A DNA stretch of 64,000 nt from Deltaproteobacteria bacterium (lineage in GTDB: Bacteria > Desulfobacterota > Desulfobacteria > Desulfobacterales > JAHEIW01), in the NCBI GenBank assembly GCA_024639185.1, contig JAHEIW010000001.1, positions 24,153 through 88,152 on the forward strand, written 5' to 3'. Positions 50,508 through 60,644 of the stretch are shown here, in pieces. The notes below the pieces were generated by a model. It did no database searches and was not told the origin of the DNA. It was given only the letters and a program-made list of their open reading frames with translations. The translations under genes were made by a program, and so were the position numbers. Each line of letters begins with the position of its first letter. Position 1 is the stretch's first letter.

Positions 50508-51473
50508 TTAAGAGGCCTTGTCGGATTTGACAAGACAGGGGTCACTTTCGCATGCATTGACCTCAACGGTGACATGCACAATTTCATCGTAGTCTTTCAG
50601 CAAATTTTTGTAGTGATCGGGTGACTTGGGAAAGTGGGTAACGATGGACACAATCGCCGCGAGATGATGGGTGCCGACTCGCCACACATGCAAATCCGAC
50701 ACGCGGTTGTCCGCATCCGACTCGATTAAAGATTGGATTTCAGCGACGGCTTCCGGATTGACATCGCGGTCCAGCAGCACCTTGCCGGAATCCACCAGCA
50801 ACCCGTAAGACCAGCGTGAAATAATCAGGGCCCCGACGATTCCCATAATGGGGTCCATCCAGACCCAGCCGAACGCCTTGCCGGTAAACAAGGCAATGAT
50901 GGCCAGCAACGATGTAAGGGCATCTGCCAGCACATGAAAATAGGCCGCCCTCAGGTTGTGGTCACGAAATTGATTGTTGTGGTTATGGTCATGGGCTGAA
51001 TGTTCATGGTGATGATGGTGTTTTCCCTGCAGCAAAAAGGCGCTGATGACATTGACCACCAGACCTACGAATGCCACTAAAATGGCCTCGTTGAAACGGA
51101 TGGGCTGGGGAGAGGCCAGCCGCTGAACAGATTCAACACCGATCAGCAAAGCAATGACGGCCAACACCACCGCGCTCGAAAAACCGCCCAGGACGCCGAC
51201 TTTTCCGGTCCCAAAACTGTAATTGGGATTATCCGAATTTTTACGTGCAAAAGAGTACGCAAAAGCGGTGATGCCCAGCGCCACCGCGTGGGTTCCCATG
51301 TGCCATCCATCGGCCAGCAGCGCCATGGAGCCAAACACATATCCGGCGGCTATCTCGATGACCATCATCGACAGTGTCAGTATGATAACCCGGCGCGTAT
51401 TGCGTTCGCCACGACCATCATCAATGTTATAGCGGTGGCGGTGTTGCCATCTTTGCAGTGTATGAATATGCAT
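50508..51473 (-). CDS. dmeF: CDF family Co/Ni efflux transporter DmeF
   Basis: SMALLADGWHM, His-rich loop, DHNLRAAYFHVLADALTS. Confidence 0.9.
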   Translation of the reverse strand: MHIHTLQRWQHRHRYNIDDGRGERNTRRVIILTLSMMVIEIAAGYVFGSMALLADGWHMGTHAVALGITAFAYSFARKNSDNPNYSFGTGKVGVLGGFSSAVVLAVIALLIGVESVQRLASPQPIRFNEAILVAFVGLVVNVISAFLLQGKHHHHHEHSAHDHNHNNQFRDHNLRAAYFHVLADALTSLLAIIALFTGKAFGWVWMDPIMGIVGALIISRWSYGLLVDSGKVLLDRDVNPEAVAEIQSLIESDADNRVSDLHVWRVGTHHLAAIVSIVTHFPKSPDHYKNLLKDYDEIVHVTVEVNACESDPCLVKSDKAS

Positions 51474-51654
51474 GTGCGATCCTAAAATGAGTTGAGCGTT
51501 TTTATCTAAACTTAAGCAAGGCTGGGCCTTTTGTAAACCTAAGCTTTAAAAACACTTATCGAGCAGGTAACGTCTGTCTGATTTGCGGGATTCGCATTGA
51601 TCGATGAAAAAAAAGTGTGTTGAAGTGCTGTAGCCGGTTGCGTCGCCTGGGAGG

Positions 51655-52590
51655 CTATTGTGCTCTTAATGCGTTTGCCTCCATGGCTTTTAAAATCGTA
51701 GAGGGGGTTTTAATCTGAGATAGGTGATATTTGCGGTTCAGATCCTTTGATCGCATCCAAAACAGGCCGGTTTGATCCGCTTCGACATATTTAAGCATTC
51801 GATCACTAGAGGTGTCGGACCATAGATAACGTTCGGGATGATCCTCACTCTTGAGACCAGCGCCAAAGCGGTTAAATACCTCATTGCGAAGCGCCAGATA
51901 ATTGTCTTGCCCGGACACCCAGATGGTGACCGCATATAACCGATAACGCCAGAATGCATAAGCGATCGAATCCAGCTGGGCTTTACCGAATTTCAAATCT
52001 TCGTTTTTACGCACAAATTCCTTAATTTTCACCGGGTCGCTTCCAGATTCGATTTCTTGCATAATGCCTATGGACGCCCTGCTGATGCCCCAGCGCAAAT
52101 CACGAAAACCGCACCAGCGGACTTCAGACCGGTTCTTTCCCGTTTGCATACCGGCTGTATTTTTGGCTGGCTGGGAATCGGCCTTTTTCTTTTGTTCAGT
52201 CTGCACGCCCGGGTAGGAGGCCCTTTTTTTTCCAGCCCGCTTGCTGGATGGGTCTTTGGATGGCGGCGGATTGAACTTTTTCGCTTTTTTGCGGTGCACG
52301 ATGATGTTTGACGGGGTTTCATTCTTTGCCGCCTTTCTTTTTACCCGGACCGGCGGTACAGCTGAGGCTTCATTGGGTTTAACGATGCGCACAACCATCT
52401 CCTTGGAAACGCGCATTTTTACCCCGTTCAAATAAAAAATGATGTCTTTTCCATGTTCATCTACTTTGATCGTTTCAATGGTTTGACCGTTTTTTAAAAT
52501 AATCGTGTCGGCCCAGGATAGCGGCAGCAGCAGCGTCAATAGAATAGCTGCGTAAACGACACTGCTGATAATGTTAGGCCCTTTTTGCAT
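51655..52590 (-). CDS. Secreted hypothetical protein
   Basis: Signal peptide ending SWA-DTIILKNG, basic linker, GFRDLRWG domain; start ATG 52590. Confidence 0.7.
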   Translation of the reverse strand: MQKGPNIISSVVYAAILLTLLLPLSWADTIILKNGQTIETIKVDEHGKDIIFYLNGVKMRVSKEMVVRIVKPNEASAVPPVRVKRKAAKNETPSNIIVHRKKAKKFNPPPSKDPSSKRAGKKRASYPGVQTEQKKKADSQPAKNTAGMQTGKNRSEVRWCGFRDLRWGISRASIGIMQEIESGSDPVKIKEFVRKNEDLKFGKAQLDSIAYAFWRYRLYAVTIWVSGQDNYLALRNEVFNRFGAGLKSEDHPERYLWSDTSSDRMLKYVEADQTGLFWMRSKDLNRKYHLSQIKTPSTILKAMEANALRAQ

Positions 52591-52606
52591 TAGGAAAGCA
52601 TCCGTA

Positions 52607-53323
52607 TTATATGCTGATGATAATTTCAACCCGTCGGTTTTTTTGTCGGCCCTCGGATGTGTCATTGGGCGCCAGGGGACGGAATTCACCAAAGCCCATC
52701 GTGGACACCCTTTCAGATTGAATCGCACTGTTGGTGAGCAGGAACTCTGCAACCGAACCGGCCCGGGCTCCAGAAAGCCTCAGGTTTGAGCGGAAGCGTC
52801 CGCCTCTTAGCGGCACATTGTCGGTGTGGCCGGCGACGATGATATCCCCTTCTGTTTTTGCAAGCAGCGATCCAATTTTTTTCAACAAAGGTTTGTACCG
52901 GGGGCGAATATCCGCTTTGCCGGTATCAAATGTGGTTTCTCCCATCAGGAGGATTTTTACCAGTTTTTCAGTCATTATAATGTCGACCTGATCTCTCAGA
53001 TCTTTGAATCTGCCTTTAAGCTCGAGTCTTAAAGAATCAACAATTTCTTCCCGGATACGAGCTTGCGCAATGGCCTGATCAAACTCGCGGGCGATTAACT
53101 TCTGCCCTTTGGGTGATTCAAAAACAGGGAGCTTACGCTGGATTCCAAATGCTTGCTTTATGGAGCCGGAGATCACGCGATATTTCTTACGATTCATCTC
53201 CGAAAATGACAGCATCAGGACGAAAAAACACAATAGCAGGCTCATCAGATCGCCAAAGGTGACAACCCAGGCCGGTGCCCCCTCCTCTTCTAGCGGATCA
53301 TTTATTTGGATATCGTCTTGCAT
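52607..53323 (-). CDS. motB: Flagellar stator MotB/PomB
   Basis: WVVTFGDLMSLLLCFFV, OmpA-like GHTDN...NRRVEI. Confidence 0.93.
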   Translation of the reverse strand: MQDDIQINDPLEEEGAPAWVVTFGDLMSLLLCFFVLMLSFSEMNRKKYRVISGSIKQAFGIQRKLPVFESPKGQKLIAREFDQAIAQARIREEIVDSLRLELKGRFKDLRDQVDIIMTEKLVKILLMGETTFDTGKADIRPRYKPLLKKIGSLLAKTEGDIIVAGHTDNVPLRGGRFRSNLRLSGARAGSVAEFLLTNSAIQSERVSTMGFGEFRPLAPNDTSEGRQKNRRVEIIISI

Positions 53324-54108
53324 TAAGATGTCTGGGCTCTTTTGGCTTTGTTCGGCACGACCTTCAGGCGATCCTTGGGAGAAAGATGTACTTTCAGCGT
53401 TTCCTCAAGCACCATCCCTGATAATCCACGACAGATGCCCAGCGCCCCATCGATAACAAGGCTTTTCGTTTCCTGTTCCTTTTGGGTTCTGAGGGCCAGT
53501 TTGTCTGCCAGGGGCAAAAACACCAGATTGGAAAGCAGGGCACCATACAGGGTGGTTAGAAGGGCAACTGCCATGGCCGGCCCGATGTTATTGGGGTTGG
53601 ACATATTGGCCAGCATCTGCACCAGACCGATCAGGGTTCCGATCATCCCAAAGGCCGGTGCCGATGACCCCATACCTTTAAACACTTTTTGACCTGTTGT
53701 ATGCCGTTGAATGGTCGATCTTAAATCTTGTTTTAGCAGCTCCTGAACCCTATCCTCGTTAAAACCATCGGCCAGAAACTGAAACGCCTTGGCGGTAAAT
53801 TCATCATCGGGTTTTTCGTTTTCCAGAGCAATCAGTCCACTTTCTTTGGCTATTCTTGCAAGCGATACCATTTTTTCCATGATTTCTTCAGGTGATTGAA
53901 TTTTTACCCTGAATGCTTTCATGACGACGCTCACGGAATTGATGACTTCTTTCATGGAAAATTTGATAAAACAGGTGGCAAGCGTACCGCCCACAACAAT
54001 TAATATTCCCTGTATATTCAGGAATATAGTGGCCTGACCACCCATAACGATGGACACGAGCACCAATATAGTGCCGCCCAGCAGACCGATGATGGTTGCG
54101 ATATCCAT
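53323..54108 (-). CDS. motA: Flagellar stator MotA/PomA
   Basis: APAFGMIGTLIGLVQML, MAVALLTTLYG. Confidence 0.93.
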   Translation of the reverse strand: MDIATIIGLLGGTILVLVSIVMGGQATIFLNIQGILIVVGGTLATCFIKFSMKEVINSVSVVMKAFRVKIQSPEEIMEKMVSLARIAKESGLIALENEKPDDEFTAKAFQFLADGFNEDRVQELLKQDLRSTIQRHTTGQKVFKGMGSSAPAFGMIGTLIGLVQMLANMSNPNNIGPAMAVALLTTLYGALLSNLVFLPLADKLALRTQKEQETKSLVIDGALGICRGLSGMVLEETLKVHLSPKDRLKVVPNKAKRAQTS

Positions 54109-54349
54109 TTTAAATTAAATCAGATTCCAATCTAAGCGATTAAACAATCGACGCAGTATGCGAGCAAATTTCCAGCAATGCTATTGTTAATGCAACCTGA
54201 AACGCGGGAGGTAACCAATTCCCACAGGTTTAAAAACACGAAATGGCAGGAAAATGGGCGAACCGTTGTCACCTAAAGGCGATCTACCTTCAAAATAGAA
54301 AAAAGCGTCTATTTTTGGTCGATCAACGGACCTGCTTCTGATAGTTTTT

Positions 54350-54376
54350 TCATCGGCCCTCGAGCCAAAAACTTTA
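54350..54376 (-). promoter_or_regulatory. sigma28 (FliA) promoter upstream of motA
   Basis: Minus strand TAAA-gtttttggctcgagg(15)-GCCGATGA. Confidence 0.7.
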
Positions 54377-54607
54377 ATGAAATTCGTATCTTTCCAATAG
54401 TATTTAAGTAATTATGATTGTTTTATATTTTGGAGATTCAGGGCTACACGACACCGCCGGGGTGAAGGACGATGACCCATATCATTGGGGCGGAAAAATC
54501 AGATCAAACACAAGCATTCGACCGGAAAATGTCTTTTTGATTTAAATACAGATAATTATAGTATAAGTTAAATCATTAACCCCTATTTATCTAAAGGAGG
54601 CCGCCCG

Positions 54608-55780
54608 ATGAATCTTGAAGACCACCCAACCGTAAAACGCTATCGAGAAAAAGTTGATGCGATCGCTGCGTCCCAAGCACCGGAGATCCTCGATACAGAA
54701 TGGCTAAAACAGCAGGCTCTGGAAGCCGGTGCCGACGATGTCGGGCTTGTTGACATCAATCGACCCGAACTCAGCGATTATCGGACCGACATCCTGGAAT
54801 TATTTCCGTGGGCCAAAACTCTGGTAAGCTTTGTTTCGCGAATGAATCCGGAAAATATTCGATGCGTATCCCAGGCTGTGCGGGACCTTGAATTTATAAG
54901 CACACAGAAAGAATCTGATGGGATTGCACGCAAGCTGACCCGGGCTTTATCACAAAAGGGCATAGGTGCATCAAATTATGCCTGCGGATTTCCAATGGAC
55001 CTGGATAAATGGCCGGGCAAGATGTGGCCGGTTTCACATAAACCTATTGCAGTGGCAGCGGGTATGGGGCATTTGGGACACAACCGCAATTTATTGCACC
55101 CTCGTTTCGGAAATTTTGTAATGTTAAACACCGTTTTAATTGATCGCGAGGCAACAGCCTATGACAGTCCTTTATATTTTAATCCGTGTATAAAATGCAA
55201 ACTATGTGCGGCTGTTTGCCCGGTTGGCGATATCGGCAATGATGGTAATTTCCAATTTTCAAACTGCTTCACCCATAATTATCGTGACCGTTTAGGTGGG
55301 TTTTCAGACTGGGTCGAAAATATCACGTCCAGTAAAACGGTTCGCGACTATCGCAAAAAAGTGGCTGATCCGGAAACCGTTTCTATGTGGCAAAGTCTGA
55401 GCTACGGCATCTGTAATAAGTCATCCTATTGCCTGGCGGTATGCCCCGCCGGCGAGGAGCGCATTGGGGCTTATGTGACAGATCGCAAAAGTTACCTGCA
55501 GCAGGTTGTGAAACCGCTGCAAGACAAAGAAGAGTCTGTTTACGTAATCCCTGGATCTGATTCGGAAGCGCATGTTGCGCGACGGTATCCGCATAAAACG
55601 ATCAGACGCGTCGGCAATGGTCTGCGGCCAAAATCCGCTCAGAACTTTCTCGACAGTTTGCCGGTAGTCTTCCAAAGGGATCAGGCTGAAGGGCTGGACG
55701 TGACCTATCCTTTTACGTTTACGGGAGAAGAAAACGTAAAAGCCACATTAAATGATTCTCAACGCGGCGATCAATGCTGA
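54608..55780 (+). CDS. QueG/reductive-dehalogenase-like 4Fe-4S protein; C-terminal SCP2-like domain appears truncated
   Basis: AGADDVG, SHKPIAVAAGMG, CIKCKLCAAVCP, CLAVCP; ends shortly after DVTYPFTFTGEE. Confidence 0.75.
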   Translation: MNLEDHPTVKRYREKVDAIAASQAPEILDTEWLKQQALEAGADDVGLVDINRPELSDYRTDILELFPWAKTLVSFVSRMNPENIRCVSQAVRDLEFISTQKESDGIARKLTRALSQKGIGASNYACGFPMDLDKWPGKMWPVSHKPIAVAAGMGHLGHNRNLLHPRFGNFVMLNTVLIDREATAYDSPLYFNPCIKCKLCAAVCPVGDIGNDGNFQFSNCFTHNYRDRLGGFSDWVENITSSKTVRDYRKKVADPETVSMWQSLSYGICNKSSYCLAVCPAGEERIGAYVTDRKSYLQQVVKPLQDKEESVYVIPGSDSEAHVARRYPHKTIRRVGNGLRPKSAQNFLDSLPVVFQRDQAEGLDVTYPFTFTGEENVKATLNDSQRGDQC

Positions 55781-55879
55781 AAACCGGCACCATCCGCCCC
55801 AGCAAAAATGCTTGCCTTCCTTGGAATGGTGTGCAATCCTTTTTCTAATTAAAAATCGGAAAGAAGTCGAGAAATACAG

Positions 55880-56458
55880 ATGAAGAAATGGATGATGAAA
55901 GTCATGCTTTATGTGGTACTCAGTTTACTTCTTCTAAGCCAGGCAGTAACGGCTGATGATAAAAGTGCCGCTGAAGAATTTATCAAATTCAACCTTGATG
56001 CCGTATTCACGGTTCTGCAAAACCAAGATCTTTCCCAGCAGGCAAAAAACAGCGAGGTCGATAAAATCGTTACCCCCATGTTCGATTTTAAACGTATGGC
56101 CAAGCTATCATTGGGGAAAAAATACTGGCCGGGTCTATCCCATGGCCAAAAGGAGAGATTTAGCGTACTTTTTGTTGAACGCCTACGGCAATTCTATCTG
56201 AACAAACTGACGGCTTATACGGATGAGAAAATCACTTACGAATCGTCGATGGCGGTCAATGAAAAGATTCATGTTCCTACCTTTCTGATTTCAAAAGATA
56301 AAAAAATATCCATGCTGTACAAGCTATATTCATCAAATAATACCTGGAAGATTTATGATGTCGAGATTCAGGGTGTCAGCATTATCCGCAGCTACCGGTC
56401 TCAATTCACAGAGATTTTGCAGAACGGCACTTTTGACGACCTTCTGCAGAAAATGTAA
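55880..56458 (+). CDS. MlaC/Ttg2D family periplasmic binding protein
   Basis: Signal peptide, FDFKRMAKLSLGKKYW, WKIYDVEIQGVSII..YRSQF. Confidence 0.9.
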   Translation: MKKWMMKVMLYVVLSLLLLSQAVTADDKSAAEEFIKFNLDAVFTVLQNQDLSQQAKNSEVDKIVTPMFDFKRMAKLSLGKKYWPGLSHGQKERFSVLFVERLRQFYLNKLTAYTDEKITYESSMAVNEKIHVPTFLISKDKKISMLYKLYSSNNTWKIYDVEIQGVSIIRSYRSQFTEILQNGTFDDLLQKM

Positions 56459-56478
56459 AAATCGGTTAACTACTAAAA

Positions 56479-59034
56479 ATGCTGTCTTTTGATCTAAGCA
56501 ATCGTATGGCAAAACTTCACTCCATGGTTACACATTTTTACGATCGAGTTGTCCTCGAGTACCCGAGAATCGTTGTACTCAGTATACTGGTGGTGATTTC
56601 CTTTCTGGGCTATAACGCAGCGGACTTCAGACTCGATGCTTCGACCGAAACGCTGATTATCGAGACCGATGAGGATTTGCGATACTCACGGCTGATTAAG
56701 TCGCGATATGGTGGCTATGATTATTTGTTGATAACATATTCCCCTAAAACCGATCTGTTTTCAAACGAGTCCTTGAAAAAACTTGCTCAGTTGCGCGATG
56801 ACTTAAAGCAGACGAAACGGGTTATTTCGGTAGTTTCCATACTGGATGCCCCCTTGCTAGAAAGTCCTCCCGTGCCGGTCAAGGAGCTAACCACCAGCAT
56901 ACAAACTCTTGAATCGCCAACAGTGGATCGTAAACTGGCGAAAATTGAGTTCAAAAACAGTCCCCTGTACCAAAATCTGCTTGTCAGCCCCGATATGAAG
57001 ACCACCGGCCTTCAGGTCAATTTCCCGGTCGATGCGGTTTATCAGGAATTATTGGTCCGTTTCGACCATTTTCGAGAAAAAGCAGCGCAGAGCTCTCTAA
57101 CAGATGCAGAAATTATCGAATTCAAAGACCTCAAACGTCAAATCCAAAGGCGCAGGGAAATACTGAGGCAAATCCGACATGAGGATATTGTCGCTATCCG
57201 GGCCATTATGGACAACTACCGTCAAGATGCTGAGCTCTTCTTGGGCGGAATTAGCGTTATATCAGACGATTTAATCCGCTTTGTTAAACAGGACTTGAAA
57301 ATATTCGGCATCGGAGTCGCATTTTTTCTGGTCGTTACCTTAAGCATTATTTTTGGCAAAGTTCGTTGGGTTGTTTTACCAATGATCTGCTGCGTTTTTT
57401 CCGCCATTGCAATGATGGGCCTTCTGGGAATGTTTGACTGGAAGGTCACCGTTATATCTTCCAATTTTATATCGTTACAGCTGATCATTACCATGGCGAT
57501 TACGATCCATTTGATCGTGCGCTACAAGGATCTTTTGTTGCACAATCCTGAAGCTGAGCAGCGTCAACTTATCCTTGATACGGTGAGTTTAATGCTGACA
57601 CCTTGCCTGTATGCCGCTCTTACGACGATCGTCGGATTCGGTTCGCTGCTACTGAGCGATATTCTGCCCGTTAGAACATTTGGCTGGATGATGAGTACCG
57701 GTATCGCGGTTTCGCTGACCACAACATTTCTACTTTTTCCGGCCGGGCTTATGTTGCTCAGCAAAGATGCGCCGCGGATCATAAAGGCAAAACGTTTTTC
57801 TTTTACGGCTGCTCTGGCCAGGTTTGCGGAAGCACGCGGCTCCCTGATAATCCTCGGGAGCTGCCTCATCTTAATTATAAGTGTCATCGGCTTTACCAGG
57901 CTCTTTGTTGAAAACAGCTTTATCAATTACTTTAAAGATAACACCGAAATTTACCAGGGCTTGAAAGTCATTGACGAAAAGCTAGGGGGTACGACTCCAT
58001 TGGATGTGATTGTCGAACTTGAGGCACCCCAAGCGTCGGCTGCCCTTACAGTGAGTAAAACCGAAGAACAGGGCGACGAAGATTTCGATGAGTTTGATGA
58101 ATTTGAAGAAGGCACCGATGAAAAATATTGGTTTACCGCTGACCGGATGGCGTTGGCGATGAAGATCCATGATTATCTTGACAGCCTGCCTGAAACTGGC
58201 AAGGTTCTGTCCTTGGCTACGATGCTGGAGATTGCGACGAAATTAAACAAAGGTCAGCCGTTAGATAATTTTCAGCTGGCTCTAGTGTACAGCAAACTGC
58301 CTGAAAAATTTAAGCGCATCATAATAAAACCTTACGTATCCCCGCAACATCATCAGCTGCGCTACTCCATCCGGGTCAAGGATTCCGAAAAATCTTTGAG
58401 ACGCGATGCCTTTTTGAAAAAGATTCGACATGACCTGGTTAACAACCTGGGGATAAAGAAAGAGAAGCTCCATCTGGCCGGTTTGCTGGTGCTGTATAAC
58501 AATATGCTGCAGAGTTTATTTAAATCCCAGATTCTAACGCTGGGAGTCGTCGTGCTGGCGTTTTTGGGTATGTTTTTTATCCTATTTGGTTCGCTAAAAT
58601 TAGCGCTGATCGCGATTGTACCGAATTTGCTTGCGATTTCAACAGTGCTTGGCATAATGGGATGGCTGAAAATCCCTCTCGACATGATGACCATCACCAT
58701 TGCGGCCATTAGTATCGGGATCGCCGTTGATAATACAATTCACTACATTTACCGTTTCAGACACGAGTTCAAGGCCGAAAATGGTTACGCCAAAACAGTT
58801 CACCTGTGTCACGGCAGCATTGGCCGTGCCATGTATTACACCTCGCTGACGATTATCAGTGGTTTTTTAATCCTGACTTTTTCAAATTTCATCCCCAGCA
58901 TCTATTTTGGTTTGCTGACGGCACTGGCCATGCTCATTGCCCTCCTGGCCGCTCTGACGTTGTTGCCGCAACTGATCATTACCTTTAAACCACTTGGTCC
59001 TGAATCTTGCATGAAAATTAATGAGACGCCGTAA
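56479..59034 (+). CDS. MMPL/RND family transporter
   Basis: Two TM repeats with large loops; LTTIVGFGSL, GIAVDNTIH. Confidence 0.9.
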   Translation: MLSFDLSNRMAKLHSMVTHFYDRVVLEYPRIVVLSILVVISFLGYNAADFRLDASTETLIIETDEDLRYSRLIKSRYGGYDYLLITYSPKTDLFSNESLKKLAQLRDDLKQTKRVISVVSILDAPLLESPPVPVKELTTSIQTLESPTVDRKLAKIEFKNSPLYQNLLVSPDMKTTGLQVNFPVDAVYQELLVRFDHFREKAAQSSLTDAEIIEFKDLKRQIQRRREILRQIRHEDIVAIRAIMDNYRQDAELFLGGISVISDDLIRFVKQDLKIFGIGVAFFLVVTLSIIFGKVRWVVLPMICCVFSAIAMMGLLGMFDWKVTVISSNFISLQLIITMAITIHLIVRYKDLLLHNPEAEQRQLILDTVSLMLTPCLYAALTTIVGFGSLLLSDILPVRTFGWMMSTGIAVSLTTTFLLFPAGLMLLSKDAPRIIKAKRFSFTAALARFAEARGSLIILGSCLILIISVIGFTRLFVENSFINYFKDNTEIYQGLKVIDEKLGGTTPLDVIVELEAPQASAALTVSKTEEQGDEDFDEFDEFEEGTDEKYWFTADRMALAMKIHDYLDSLPETGKVLSLATMLEIATKLNKGQPLDNFQLALVYSKLPEKFKRIIIKPYVSPQHHQLRYSIRVKDSEKSLRRDAFLKKIRHDLVNNLGIKKEKLHLAGLLVLYNNMLQSLFKSQILTLGVVVLAFLGMFFILFGSLKLALIAIVPNLLAISTVLGIMGWLKIPLDMMTITIAAISIGIAVDNTIHYIYRFRHEFKAENGYAKTVHLCHGSIGRAMYYTSLTIISGFLILTFSNFIPSIYFGLLTALAMLIALLAALTLLPQLIITFKPLGPESCMKINETP

Positions 59035-59170
59035 AATTATTTATGATCAGATTGCCCAGCAAAAATCATTGCAGTCAACTAAAGCGCCGATCACATTAAA
59101 AGGATGAAAATCCTTTTGTCTCATTAATTTTCACCTTTCGGCGAGCCGGAGGCTTCCATCTGCGGCGTTA

Positions 59171-59209
59171 CCTGCCCGCCATCGCGAGCGCTCAGGCGAG
59201 GCGGGCGGG
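59171..59209. repeat. GC-rich intergenic hairpin (probable dispersed repeat)
   Basis: CCTGCCCGCC...GGCGGGCGGG stem. Confidence 0.5.
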
Positions 59210-59245
59210 TTAAGGCCGAGACATAAAATCAAACAAGAGGAAATT

Positions 59246-60481
59246 ATGCCATATTTGATGAAAGATGATCCGCAGGTGGCCCGGATTATCCAGGACGAAG
59301 AATCCAGGGTTGAAAACACGCTGAACCTGATTGCGGCCGAAAACCATGCGCCCCGATCTGTATTAGAGGCTCAAGGGTCGATCTTCAGCCTCAAAGCGGC
59401 CGAAGGATTCCCGGGCAATCGCTTTCATGCCGGCTGCCGGCATGCCGACGCGCTGGAAAGCCTTGCCGTCTCCAGAGCCAAAGATCTATATGGCGCTGAT
59501 CATGCCAATGTTCAGCCCCACAGTGGGGTTTCAGCCAATCTGGCGGTCTATTTCTCGGTGCTGGATGTGGGGGAGCGCATCCTGTCGATGAAATTATCCC
59601 ATGGAGGACACCTTTCCCATGGGGATGCGGCCTCGATGACCAGTCGCTGTTTTAACTTCCAGCACTACGGGCTCAACCTTAAAACCGAACAAATCGATTA
59701 TGATGAACTTGAAAACCTCGCTAAAGCTTTCGAGCCCCGCATGATCGTTGCCGGTGCCAGCTCCTACCCCCGGTTGATCGATTATGAAAGAGTTGCTGAA
59801 ATTGCGCAATCCGTTTCCGCCCTCCTGCTGGTTGACATGGCCCACATCGCGGGTTTGGTGGCTGCCAGAGTCATTCCCAGTCCGGTTCCGCATGCCGATT
59901 TTGTGACCTTTACGACATACAAAACGCTACGCGCCGGCCGGGGCGGTATTATTTTATGCAAGCAAAAATACGCCGACCGCATTAACAGATCCATATTCCC
60001 CGGCGGTCAGGGAACCCCGTCGCTGAATTTGATCGCCGCCAAGGCGGTCTGCTTTCATCTGGCGCTCGCAGATGACTTTGTTCAACTTCAAAAGGATACC
60101 CTCATTAATGCAAGCTGTTTTGCCGCTGAATTCGAACGCCTGGGGTATCGAATGGTTTCTGGTGGAACGGAAAATCATCTGGTGCTCATCGATTTGCGCT
60201 CCAAGGGGCTGACAGGGGCACTTGCAGAAGAAACTTTAGAGTCGGTTGGAATCATCGTTAACCGCAATGTAATTCCCGCCGATCCGGAAAGACCAGAAGT
60301 CAGCAGTGGAATTCGTATCGGCAGCCCGGCGATCACAACCAGAGGCATGCTGGAACCCGAGGTTCGCCAGATTGCCCGTATGATGGACAGCGCCATGTCC
60401 AATATTGAAAACGCTCAGATTCTGAAGCAAGTCGCCCGGGAGGTTCAGGACCTGTGTAAACAGTTTCCGATTAAAAAATAA
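59246..60481 (+). CDS. Serine hydroxymethyltransferase-like PLP enzyme (divergent active site)
   Basis: NVQPHSG, GGHLSHG, DMAHIAGL, TTYKT (PLP Lys), SGIRIG. Confidence 0.85.
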   Translation: MPYLMKDDPQVARIIQDEESRVENTLNLIAAENHAPRSVLEAQGSIFSLKAAEGFPGNRFHAGCRHADALESLAVSRAKDLYGADHANVQPHSGVSANLAVYFSVLDVGERILSMKLSHGGHLSHGDAASMTSRCFNFQHYGLNLKTEQIDYDELENLAKAFEPRMIVAGASSYPRLIDYERVAEIAQSVSALLLVDMAHIAGLVAARVIPSPVPHADFVTFTTYKTLRAGRGGIILCKQKYADRINRSIFPGGQGTPSLNLIAAKAVCFHLALADDFVQLQKDTLINASCFAAEFERLGYRMVSGGTENHLVLIDLRSKGLTGALAEETLESVGIIVNRNVIPADPERPEVSSGIRIGSPAITTRGMLEPEVRQIARMMDSAMSNIENAQILKQVAREVQDLCKQFPIKK

Positions 60482-60488
60482 TTTTTGT

Positions 60489-60583
60489 TGGATTGGTTAA
60501 ATTGGTTTGATTTGTTCTATTGGTTGTTTTAGGGTTGCATTTTTTAACCGATCTAACCAATTCAACAAACAAAACCAATCAAA
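60489..60583. repeat. Nonamer-repeat fold-back after the SHMT-like gene
   Basis: TTGGTT-phased arm versus AACCAA-phased arm with ~9-bp period. Confidence 0.6.
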
Positions 60584-60644
60584 CGATGGTCTAAGAGAAT
60601 ATTCTAAGGCATAACAATTTTTGTATCATCTAACTGGAGGACGT

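Noticed and set aside
52607..54108. motAB-like pair as Zorya (zorAB) defence
   Set aside because: MotA is normal length without a long ZorA tail, no zorC/D/E genes, and a sigma28 promoter is present
55778..55780. TGA after a Cys codon (QC-TGA) as a possible seventh Sec
   Set aside because: Read-through adds only a short stretch with no recognisable motif, and I saw no convincing SECIS-like hairpin
59040..59245. ZTP or glycine riboswitch upstream of the SHMT-like gene
   Set aside because: No recognisable aptamer consensus; only a GC-rich hairpin
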